From an uncultured delta proteobacterium (GTDB lineage Bacteria; Myxococcota_A; Polyangia; Fen-1088): a stretch of 64,000 nt of DNA. The DNA lies in the NCBI GenBank assembly GCA_963767925.1, contig CAVYGB010000008.1, forward strand, positions 3,248,239 to 3,312,238. The letters are read 5' to 3'. The notes below the pieces were generated by a model. It worked only from the letters and a program-made list of their open reading frames with translations, ran no database searches and was not told where the DNA came from. Positions 49,322 through 58,110 of this stretch are shown here, in pieces; position 1 is the stretch's first letter; each line of letters begins with the position of its first letter. A program made the translations under genes and the position numbers.

Positions 49322-49480
49322 CACGGATCGCGGTGCACACGGGCAACGGGACATCACGACATCGAGCTGGAGGCCGTGCGCGCTTTGGCCGAAGAACTTC
49401 GAGCAGTCGGCGACCCTGCCCGCGGACGATTGGGCGCCCCTGGCCGATGCCCTTGGACCCGCTGCGTGTCTGCTCGGGCC

Positions 49481-49540
49481 GTTGCCATCCCGTTGCCGCG
49501 GACACCGGATCTCCGTGGAACTCAACGGAACCCAGGGACA
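49481..49540 (+). repeat. Partial attR-like element, copy 3 (no tRNA core)
   Basis: GTTGCCATCCCGTTGCCGCGGAC...GGATCTCCGTGGAACTCAACGGAACC. Confidence 0.88.
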
Positions 49541-49718
49541 CGCCCATCGACTTCGGTGCGCACCACCGTTTGAACAGCTCGGGCTTGGTCCATGCCTCGA
49601 ACACGATGCGCGCCGGAGCATTGAAGGTTCGTTTGACGACCAGGTCACGGTCGGATTTTCGGTCCACCGTCGTGCGGTTCTTCATGGGGGCGGGCTCAGC
49701 CTCTCTTCTTGCGTCCAT
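49535..49718 (-). pseudogene. Truncated SRPBCC (AHSA1-like) gene
   Basis: LVVKRTFNAPARIVFEAWTKPELFKRW, then runs into repeat copy 3. Confidence 0.82.
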
Positions 49719-50061
49719 TGACGATCTCCTTCTGTTTCAGTTCTTCGACCACCTCGTCCAACTCGTCGAAACGTGAGGCCCAGAGCTGGCGGTACCTCTC
49801 GATCCACGCCGTCTCTTCGTCCAGTCGGCGCGGGCCGAGCTTGCAGGTCCGCACACGCCCGACCTTCTCCGTGGTGACGAGACCGGCCAGTTCCAAGACG
49901 CCGACGTGCTTCTTCATACCCGTGAGGGTCATGTCGAACTTCTCGGCAAGCTGCGTGATCGAAGCGTCTGCACGTCCGAGCTGCTCCAGAACGCCGCGTC
50001 GGGTGGTGTCCGAGAGCGCGGCGAACGAGGTATCGAGGCGGGCTCTCTCCTACTGCACCAT
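49696..50061 (-). pseudogene. ArsR/SmtB regulator with premature stop at codon 4
   Basis: ATG GTG CAG TAG, then in frame LDTSFAALSDTTRR...KHVGVLE...GRVRTC. Confidence 0.8.
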
Positions 50062-50139
50062 GTGGTTCAGTATAGAGGCGCGGATGGGCGGCGTGGAAGC
50101 GCAAGCTGAGCGGTTTGGCGGTGGGAGCCTGGGGCCGGC

Positions 50140-50405
50140 CCCCCTTCCGGATCTGCCTGGTGACGGTCAGTCGTCCGGCGATCAGGTCCACGTCCTCCCA
50201 GCGGAGGGCCAGCACCTCTCCCAGCCGCAGCCCTGCATCGCCGGCCAGAAGCGCGGAGACCAGCAACCACGGCGCTACAAGATCGGAAAAACCGCGGGAT
50301 GCGCTCACGCCACCTGCTCGCTCCCGCCGATGCCGCTCCTGCAATCCGGCCTTCCGCTTCGAGTGCTCGACCGCCAGGAGACTCCTCAACGCGTTCAGCA
50401 GCTGC
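50140..50405 (-). pseudogene. Fragments of a paralogous tyrosine integrase
   Basis: VAPWLLVSALLAGDAGLRLGEVLALRWEDVDLIAGRLTVTRQIRKG is near-identical to the integrase at ~39728-39865. Confidence 0.88.
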
Positions 50406-50458
50406 CACCCCAAATTGGCCTTGTATCTAACCATCCGGTTAGGTAACCATATGGTGAG

Positions 50459-50815
50459 ATGCAGGCCGACACGTTGAGCCAGACGTTCGCCGCGCTCGCC
50501 GATCCCACCCGCCGCGCGATCTTGAAGCGGCTGGCGGCGGGACCCGCGAACGTGAAGGAGCTGTCGCGACCGTTCGACATGAGCGGTCCGGCGGTGTGCA
50601 AGCACCTGCGCGTCCTCGAGCGTGCGGGCCTGGTCCGGCGCCGTCGAGAAGCGCAGTCCCGCCCGCGCGAGCTCGATCCCGCGCCGCTCAAGGAGATCGC
50701 CGCGTGGACCGACGCGTACCGCGAGTTCTGGGACGCGAGCTTCGATCGGCTGGGTGCGTATCTGAAGCAGCTGCAACCCACCGGAGGGCGCCATGCGCGT
50801 CGCCGCAAGCGCTGA
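50459..50815 (+). CDS. ArsR/SmtB regulator
   Basis: FAALADPTRRAIL and KHLRVLERAGLV; upstream TAACCA-N2-GGTTA-like palindromes at 50428-50457. Confidence 0.92.
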   Translation: MQADTLSQTFAALADPTRRAILKRLAAGPANVKELSRPFDMSGPAVCKHLRVLERAGLVRRRREAQSRPRELDPAPLKEIAAWTDAYREFWDASFDRLGAYLKQLQPTGGRHARRRKR

Positions 50816-51314
50816 TCTGATCGACGACCGCGAGTACGCGGCGCCGCCCGAGCTGGTCTTCGAGGCGTGGACCAAGGCCGAGCACTTCGCGCGCTGGTTC
50901 GCGCCCGACAACGTCGAGGTGCCGCTCTGCGAGATCGATGCGCGCCCCGGTGGCGTGATCCGATTCCGGCATCGCTGGCCGGAGGGACAGCTCGTCTCGA
51001 TCCGCGGCGTGTTCGACGAGGTCGTGGCGCCCACGCGCCTGTCGTTCACGTTCACGTTCGTCGATTCGAACGATCGCCCGACGGTCAACGCGATGATGCC
51101 CGAGTGGCCCGTCGGGGCGCACATCGTGATGACGGTGGAGCTGGTTGCCACCGCGCGCGGGACTCGCATGACCGTAGCGCAGCGGGTCGCCGAACCGGAG
51201 CTCGCCGATTCGGCACCGATCGTGCGCCATCGGAAACTCGCAGCGATCGGTTGGAGCCAGACGGCGGAGCGTCTCGTCGCGTATCTCGAACGGAGGACAC
51301 CATGGGACTCTTGA
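50793..51314 (+). CDS. SRPBCC domain protein
   Basis: APPELVFEAWT, DARPGG, GWSQTAERL. Confidence 0.88.
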   Translation: MRVAASADLIDDREYAAPPELVFEAWTKAEHFARWFAPDNVEVPLCEIDARPGGVIRFRHRWPEGQLVSIRGVFDEVVAPTRLSFTFTFVDSNDRPTVNAMMPEWPVGAHIVMTVELVATARGTRMTVAQRVAEPELADSAPIVRHRKLAAIGWSQTAERLVAYLERRTPWDS

Positions 51315-51859
51315 CCTTCAGCATCAACGTCACCCTGGACGGCTGCGTCGACCACCAGGAGGGAATCGCCGACGACGAGACACACGCCTTCTTCACCCGC
51401 CTCATGGACGAGGGCGGGGCGATGCTGTGGGGCCGCGTCACCTACGAGATGATGGAGAGCTACTGGCCGGCGGTCGCCCGCGGCGACGAGGAGGCGCCGC
51501 CGGCGATGCGCGAGTGGGCGGTCAAGCTGGAGGCCAAGCCGAAGTACGTGGTGTCGTCGACGCGAAAGGACTTCCCGTGGACCAACAGCCACCACATCGC
51601 CGGCGACCTGCGCACGGGCGTGCAGAAGCTCAAGGACGCGACCCCGGCCGGCGTGCTCCTCGGTAGCGGCAAGCTCGCGACCGAGCTGGACCGGCTGGAT
51701 CTGATCGACGAGTACAAGTTCCTCGTCCACCCCAGGATCGCCGGCCACGGCCCGACCCTGTACCAGAGCGGGCTGCCCAGCACGCGACGGCTCGAGCTGG
51801 TCTCGGCGAAGCCGCTCCGCAGCGGCGCGGTCGCCATGCACTACCGGCGCGCGCGCTGA
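51302..51859 (+). CDS. Dihydrofolate reductase family (RibD C-terminal-like) protein
   Basis: NVTLDG, LWGRVTYE, KYVVSST, GSGKLA, LIDEY, HPRIAGHG. Confidence 0.92.
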   Translation: MGLLTFSINVTLDGCVDHQEGIADDETHAFFTRLMDEGGAMLWGRVTYEMMESYWPAVARGDEEAPPAMREWAVKLEAKPKYVVSSTRKDFPWTNSHHIAGDLRTGVQKLKDATPAGVLLGSGKLATELDRLDLIDEYKFLVHPRIAGHGPTLYQSGLPSTRRLELVSAKPLRSGAVAMHYRRAR

Positions 51860-52167
51860 CTCAGCCCCCCGAACCAGACAGCCTTCGTTGAGGAGACACT
51901 CCGCAGCGCGCTCGGGCGAATGTGTCCGGTGTGTGACGGTGCCGGTCGTATTCAGTGGGGCGCCGTCAAGGTCTCCGACTTCAGGCGGGCGGCGCTACCT
52001 CGGCTCGATCGCCAGGGGGCTGTGCAGCTCGAAGGCCTCGTTCGATTGGCTCGTGAGCTTGCGGCCAGCGAACTCGACCTTGCCACAAACGTGGACGCAC
52101 CGGGCTTCGACTTCCTGCTCAAGCGGGGCGACAGCGTCGTCATGCGCGGAAGATCCACTGCGGCCTT

Positions 52168-52325
52168 GTTGCCATTCCGTTGCCACGGCCACGGGATGTG
52201 GGTGGAACTCAACGAACCAGCAAGGAACGGGACAGGGACCGGGACCATCGGGAAGGACTGCAAGTTGGCGCCACACCAAAGTTTTCCGATCCCCTTCCCG
52301 CGTGTTCAATCCCTGTCCCGCCTAC
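52168..52325 (+). repeat. attR-like element, copy 4 (arm repeats + hairpin + 22-bp tRNA 3' core)
   Basis: GTTGCCATTCCGTTGCCACGG ... GTTCAATCCCTGTCCCGCCTAC; the core equals 39211-39232. Confidence 0.92.
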
Positions 52326-52612
52326 GATTCGAAACAGCGATCCCCTCGGGCTTCGCGGTCGCCGGGTCCGCGGAGACTATCGAAGATCCCCGCCAACTGG
52401 TGCCCGCGGAAGGCCCGGGGGGCTTCACGCGCGCGATGTAGCGTCCGAGGATGGCTGTGCCAATTCTCGGTGCCGGGACCTCCGTCAGAACACGCTACGC
52501 CAACGACCCGCCCGGCGTCGAAAAGTCAATCCGACATCGCCGAGCAGGCCGACGGCCTCGCCACCAACCAAAGCCGAGACGCGACAAGTGGCGCTCGGAC
52601 TCGTAGGGCCGT

Positions 52613-52853
52613 TTAACTCAGGATACAGCCAGTGACCGTGCTGTTGCCGAACTCCTCTTCGACGCAATCAATCTTCTTGTTCCCACCGAGGTTGCAGGCG
52701 TTCGCATCCTTGGAGTCGCCGTCGATCGCCCGGCAGTCGGCGCCCCTGACGATGGTCCTGGTGCCGCTCATCCCGGTCTTCTCGGTCGACTTGCAACAGT
52801 AGGCACCCTTCGCGAGAATCGACGGCCCTCGCTCCAGACAAGCCTTGGCCAAT
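52613..52853 (-). pseudogene. Cys-rich C-terminal gene fragment cut by IS66
   Basis: Open frame with several Cys residues abutting the IS66 end. Confidence 0.4.
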
Positions 52854-52939
52854 ATCGTACCCGCTGCACGGACCCCGTACTTCCAGCCTGACGGCATCAG
52901 AGCCAGATTGACGGGGTGACGAACACGAGCGCGAAAGGC

Positions 52940-54679
52940 TCAGGGCTGCGGACGTGGTTCCTGTTCCGCCGGCGGCTCGATCTTCGGCGGGACAGAGAGC
53001 GGGCCGAGTTCGGCGACGAGTTCGGCCGGGTTGAGGCGGTCGCGGGTGCGAGTCCAGAATTTCGGGGCCAGCTCGAGGTAGCGATCGCGCGGCCAGTGCG
53101 GCAGGACCCGGAAGAGGTCACGCAGATACTGCTCGGGGTCGAGGCTGTGAAGACGAGCCGAGGCGACGAGGGAAAACAGGTGACCGGCGGCTTGGGCGTT
53201 GTCGTCGGAGCCGACGAAGAGCCATGCCTTCCTGCCCACGGCGATGCGGCGCAACTCGCGCTCCGATCCGTTGTTCGTCGGCTCGAGCCGACCGTCGTCG
53301 AGGTAGCGCGTGAGCGCGGCTTTCTGTCGCACGCAGTAGCCGAGGGCGGTGCGGAGCAGACCGCGTTAATCTTTGACCCGCGCGAACTCTATCTGGGCCC
53401 ACTCGAAGAAGGCTTCAAGATGCGGTCGGGCATGAGTCCGGCGCAGAGCCGTTCGCTCGGTCGGCGAGTAGTTCTTCCACTGGCGCTCCAGGGCGAAGAT
53501 GCGGCCCAGGCGGGCCAGCCCTTCGCGAGCGACGGCGCTCTTGGCAATCGTGGCCTCCCACAGCTTCCTTCGCGCGTGTGCCAGGCACCCGACCTCGGTG
53601 CGCTCGGGGGGGTCAGCAGCAGCGTCGTCAGGGGGATCGTCGGGCGGGCGGAACAGGATGTCATAGACGCTCTTGGCGTCGGCCTGCACGTAGCCGGCGA
53701 AGCCCTTGAACATCTCGCCGACGGCGGTGGAGGTCTCCTTGGGCGTGTACTCGAACAAGACGTGATCGCGATCGGCGATTTGCACGAAGTAGTGGCCACG
53801 CCGGCACGGTTGGCGCCCCTTCTGGGTGTCGCGCAGCGGCTGGACCAGGACGCCGGTGGCATCGGTCGAGATGCAGAAAGCGTTAGCCATCGCGTCCTTG
53901 CGCATGGCCTCGACGACCGTAGCGCCACAGGTGGCACCGGCGTGCTCCATCCAGCGGCTCATGGTGCCCCGGTCGATCGGGACGCCGAGGCGGGCGAAGC
54001 GATTCTCCTGACGGTGCAGCGGAAGGCCGTCGCAGTACTTGTCGACAACGATGTGCGCGACCAACGAGACGGTGGCGATCGAGCGCGGAAACATCTCTGG
54101 CGGCATCGGCGCGGTGATGATCATGGTCTTCTCGGGCGCTGGGTCGGCGGCGTCGGGCCGGCGGTACTTTACCCGAGAGACGACGAGCCGGCGTGGGCCG
54201 CCACGCTGCCACACGATCTTGCTCGACTCCTCGGAGGCGCCCAGCCGCTCGGCCTTGCCCTGGGCGACGAGCGCGTCCATCTCGGGGTTGGGAATCTCGA
54301 TGTGCTCCTCGAGCATCTTGATTCGGCGCAGATCTCGGCGACCCTTGGGTCGGGGCCGGGAAGCGGTCTTGCCGTCGGCGCCGTTGCCGTTGGCTCCAAT
54401 GCCGATGGTGCCGGCAAGCTTGTCGAGTTCGGCGAGCTTATCCTTGAACTCGAGCTCAAGCTGCTTGGTGTCGACCCGCTCGGCCTTGGCGATGAAGATC
54501 CGCCGGCGCATGAGCTCGACGTCGAGCCACAAGCGATCGTAGGCAGCGCGCAGCTCGTCGCGCTCGCGGACCAGATCGGCGATCCGGGCGTCCCTGTCGG
54601 CGAGCGCAGATTCGAGCCGCGCGATCCGCGCGGCAGCGTCGGTGGGGGGCGTGCTCGTCGAGAAATCCGCGCCGGCCAT
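52940..54679 (-). pseudogene. tnpC: IS66 transposase TnpC with in-frame TAA at 53366-53368
   Basis: KYCDGLPLHRQ, GCLAHARRK, TNNGSERELR and GRKAWLFVGS in one frame. Confidence 0.9.
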
Positions 54680-54731
54680 TCAGTCTCTGAATTGATACTC
54701 GCGGGCCGATGGTTTCGTTGATTCATGATGA

Positions 54732-55082
54732 TCAATGAACGCTCGCCCGCCGACGCTTCGATTTAGCGGCCTCGACGTCGATGCCGTCGAGCAGTGCCTC
54801 CAGGGCGCGCTCGTCGATGGCCACGCTGGTGGCACGTTCGTCGAGCGGCGCGGGCAGCTTGAAGACCCCGACGTCGAGACGTTTATAGAAAACGCACATC
54901 CCTGAGCCGTCGAAGAAAAACACCTTGACGGCCGTGCGATGCTTCCCGAAGAAGATGAAGAGCGCGCCCGAGCGCGCCTCGCGGCCGATTCGCTCCTCGA
55001 CGATGCCTGCCAGCCGATCGAAGCTCCACCTCAGGTCGATGGGCTCCAGCCCGATGAACACCTCCACGCCGTGTGGGATCAT
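54732..55082 (-). CDS. tnpB: IS66 accessory protein TnpB
   Basis: PIDLRWSFDRL, LFIFFGK, DGSG...KRL. Confidence 0.92.
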   Translation of the reverse strand: MIPHGVEVFIGLEPIDLRWSFDRLAGIVEERIGREARSGALFIFFGKHRTAVKVFFFDGSGMCVFYKRLDVGVFKLPAPLDERATSVAIDERALEALLDGIDVEAAKSKRRRASVH

Positions 55083-55480
55083 CGCCCCACTCCGCGTGTC
55101 GCCCGCTGTTCCAGAATCTCCAGAACCGCCGCCAGCATCGACTCGTCGAATCCAGCCGGCACAACGATCCGCGCACCACCAACCTCGACCTGCAGCGGCG
55201 CTGGCGTCAGCGTCGTCCGGCTGCCTGCGCCAGAGGAAGCCCGCTTCGGGACTCGCACTACGCGCAGAAGGCGCATCCGGGTTGCCGCCACCTTCTTCGG
55301 CGCACGGCTAGCCGGACGCCGACGTGTCTTGCCAAGCCGCCACCCCCAGTGCCGAAGAAGTCCTGCAGAAAATCCCTTCCCTGCGCAGAAGTCTTCGGAC
55401 TTCTGGCCGCTCGCCCGCCATGCCTCTATCCGCGCTGCCCATTCGGTTGCTGTCGCCATGGCATCCAGGATGCCGGGCAC
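55079..55480 (-). CDS. tnpA: IS66 accessory protein TnpA
   Basis: WAARIEAWRASGQ...FC; VEVGGARIVVPAGFD. Confidence 0.85.
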   Translation of the reverse strand: MPGILDAMATATEWAARIEAWRASGQKSEDFCAGKGFSAGLLRHWGWRLGKTRRRPASRAPKKVAATRMRLLRVVRVPKRASSGAGSRTTLTPAPLQVEVGGARIVVPAGFDESMLAAVLEILEQRATRGVGR

Positions 55481-55521
55481 CGCTCAACTTGAGTAGAACG
55501 GGGTCCGTGCACCGGGTACGA

Positions 55522-56962
55522 CCTGACCGCGGCATTCCACCAGGAACTCAGCGCCTGCGTCTTCCTGGTCCAGGGCTGGACCCAGGGCCGCGGTCAGCTC
55601 CCGCGCCCGCTCGGGGCTGGGCACGCTCGATGAAAACGCCTCCTCCACCTCGATGATCCGGTCCTGCTCCGCCCAGGCCTGCTCGATCTCGGCTTTCAGC
55701 CGATCGCCCTCCGCGCGGCAAGCGGGCGACAGCCCGGCCGGTAGCACCAGCGCCCGGTGACGGCCGGGCGCCACGGGAGGCGCCTCGAAACGTGCTCCGG
55801 CCGGGACTGGCCCGACCTCCAGCCCGGCGAGCTGAAGATACTCCACCTCCTGCTCGAAGCCCCGGCGCGCGAGTGGATCGTGGACCGGTCGCCGCCAAAC
55901 CAACCGCTGGTCGACCACGTACCGCTCCTGGAACGCCCAGTAAACAGCGGTGCTCGGGAAGCAGCGCTGGATGTCCGGGACGGTTTCGGGCCGCATGGTC
56001 TCGACCCGACAGACGACGCCCTGGCAGCGGGTGGTCTGCTCGCAGCCGCTCCCGGCTCGCGCGAACGCCTGGTCGAGCAGGGCGGCCAACTGCTGGCTCG
56101 CGGCCGGATTCGGCGGGGAGCGCTCGAACAGACGGGCGGGCGATTCGGGACGGGCCAGCTCGCGGCGGCGGGTATCGATCTCGTCCCGCAGCGGCCGCAG
56201 GGACGGGCAGTCGATCGCGGCCGGCCTGGCCGCGGCCCGCTCGATCGCCGGAGGCCCGCCCGGAGCGAAGAGCTCGTTGATCTGGTTCATCGGCCCGGGC
56301 CGGACCGTCGACGATGACTGGGGTGCGCGCCCCTGAAGCAGCCAGGCCGCGGCCCCGAGCGCTAGGCCGACCCCCGCGGCCAGCGCCGGCCAGGTGGGCC
56401 GGGCCGCGGACATCGCGGGCGGACGGCGCTCGCGGCCGACGATCTGCAGGAGGAGCGCGCGCCACCTCCGGCGGTCACCCTGGTGTTGCTGGTCGAGCGC
56501 GCGGCGCAGCTCCTCGAGGGCGGTCTTCAGCCGCCAGCGCACGGTCCCGCCGGGGACGCCGAGCCGCCGCCCGATCTCGACCGGCTCGAGATCCTCGTAG
56601 TAGCGGAGGTGGATGACTTCGCGGTAGGCCGGCCCCAGCGCGGCGATGGCCGCCGACAGCATCTCGGCGGCCTGCACGCGTGCGGCGATCTCCTCCGGAG
56701 AGTCGGGGGGCTCGGCCAAGGCGCCCTCCCCCACCATCTCCTCGCGCCGGACCCGGCGGCCGCGCCCGCGCGCCTCGTTGCGCACGCGGTTGGAGAGCAC
56801 CGTCCCAAGCCAGCTGCGCACCGACCCGCCATGCCGGGGCGGCCGCTCGAGGACCGCGACCCACGCGGCCTGTGCCGCATCGTCGGCACCCGTACCCTCG
56901 CGCACCAGCGCGCAGGCCAGGCGCCTCAGCCAGACACCATGGGCCCTGACCAGCCCCTCCAC
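55522..56962 (-). CDS. ECF sigma factor with TM and C-terminal extension, truncated by IS66
   Basis: LRRLACAL...DDAAQAAW, SWLGTV, YREVIHLRYY, GVPGGTVRWRL; TM segment; ends at the IS66 IR. Confidence 0.85.
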
Positions 56963-57242
56963 GGACGTCTCTTACAACGGGCTCACCAGGATAGATCACC
57001 GCGGCCCGCGGATCCGTTGGGTGGCCGCGGTCACACAGACCGTGCCGCGGAGCCGAACGTCAGAGGTCAGGCATCATAGGAAGGTGGCGTCCTGGAGTAC
57101 AGCGACGGTCGAGGCGATTCTCCGCGGGGGATCGTGGTGCTTGGCGGATCGGTGGGCGTGGACCGGCCGCCGCAGTTGGCTTCGGAGCCATGCTTTAGCG
57201 GCTCGAAGAGACGCGCCAGAGCAGCTCGGCTGAACTGGCGGT

Positions 57243-57470
57243 ATGTCCTCGCGCCCGGGTAGCTCCCGACTCTATTCGGAGGTGGAAGCCAAGAGGAACC
57301 TCGCGATCGCCGGATATGCGGTGGGCGGACTGCTGAGCGCGGCCGCCATCACTCTGTTCGTGATCTCTTCAGGCAGTCGAAACCGATCGGGAAGCGATCT
57401 TGCGTGCGGGCCGTCGCCGATGCTCACGGGTGGCTTCTGCAGGATTCATTTTTGGGTGTCGAGGTGTTGA
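57243..57470 (+). pseudogene. Probable C-terminal remnant of a membrane protein
   Basis: Hydrophobic AIAGYAVGGLLSAAAITLFVI followed by C...C...F tail; no convincing N-terminus. Confidence 0.4.
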
Positions 57471-57599
57471 CCTGGCAGACGCCCCCGGGCGCGGCATCGC
57501 TGACCCGGGGGGCGCCTTGGCCTCGAACGTGGAGCGGGCGGCGGGCGTAGCCACTCTCTAGTTTCCCTGGACGTCGGGGGAAGGCGCTACATTGGGGAG

Positions 57600-58034
57600 A
57601 TGACGAAGTCCACAGGAGCCGACCGGTCACCGATCTGGAAAACCGTGCGCGCGAGACTGCTGCTGCTCGGCTGCCTGGTGGGCTGTGCGTCGGGATCGAG
57701 CAACACGGTCGCTTCGCCGGGAGCCCCGGTGGAGATAGCGCCCGAGCACGCGCGGCTGGCAGTCGACGCGAACCAGCCGCCCTACAAGCCCACTCTCCCG
57801 GCCGAGTTGAACGTCGCCGGCAATGTGATCTGGGGGCAGTTCCGGGTCTGTGCGAACGAGACCGGCGACGTTTCGGGCGTCGATATCCTCACCAGCGCGG
57901 CGCCGCAGGTGGACACCAGGTGGGTAGAGACGATCCGCAGCTGGAAGTACCAGCCCCACGTCGTCGAGGGCAGGGCGACGCCCTTCTGCTACAAGCTCCG
58001 GCTTCAGGTGCAGGGCGGAGCGCCGGCTCCGTAA
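57600..58034 (+). CDS. Putative lipoprotein with TonB C-terminal-like domain
   Basis: LVGC lipobox; VC...GDV..V.I..S...D......IRSWKYQP...G.A.PFC pattern. Confidence 0.7.
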   Translation: MTKSTGADRSPIWKTVRARLLLLGCLVGCASGSSNTVASPGAPVEIAPEHARLAVDANQPPYKPTLPAELNVAGNVIWGQFRVCANETGDVSGVDILTSAAPQVDTRWVETIRSWKYQPHVVEGRATPFCYKLRLQVQGGAPAP

Positions 58035-58110
58035 CGACGCACGACCTGGGCGGCAAGCTGTTTGGATTTCCAGCCCTACACTTGACTTGCTGGCGGCTTA
58101 GGATGCGCGA

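Larger units (their letters stand above)
52855..55521 (-). mobile_element. IS66-family element
   Basis: 24-bp IR TCGTACCCG(C/G)TGCACGGACCCCGT at 52855-52878 and 55498-55521; tnpA-tnpB-tnpC gene order. Confidence 0.92.

Noticed and set aside
46778..52325. CRISPR array or classical integron attC array
   Set aside because: Spacers are kilobase-sized, no cas genes are present, the repeats lack attC RYYYAAC/GTTRRRY end boxes, and I see no IntI-type insertion in the integrase.
51920..52441. 173-aa ORF spanning att copy 4
   Set aside because: It reads through the att element; at most the first ~80 codons (CPVC motif) are a gene fragment, which I cannot assign.
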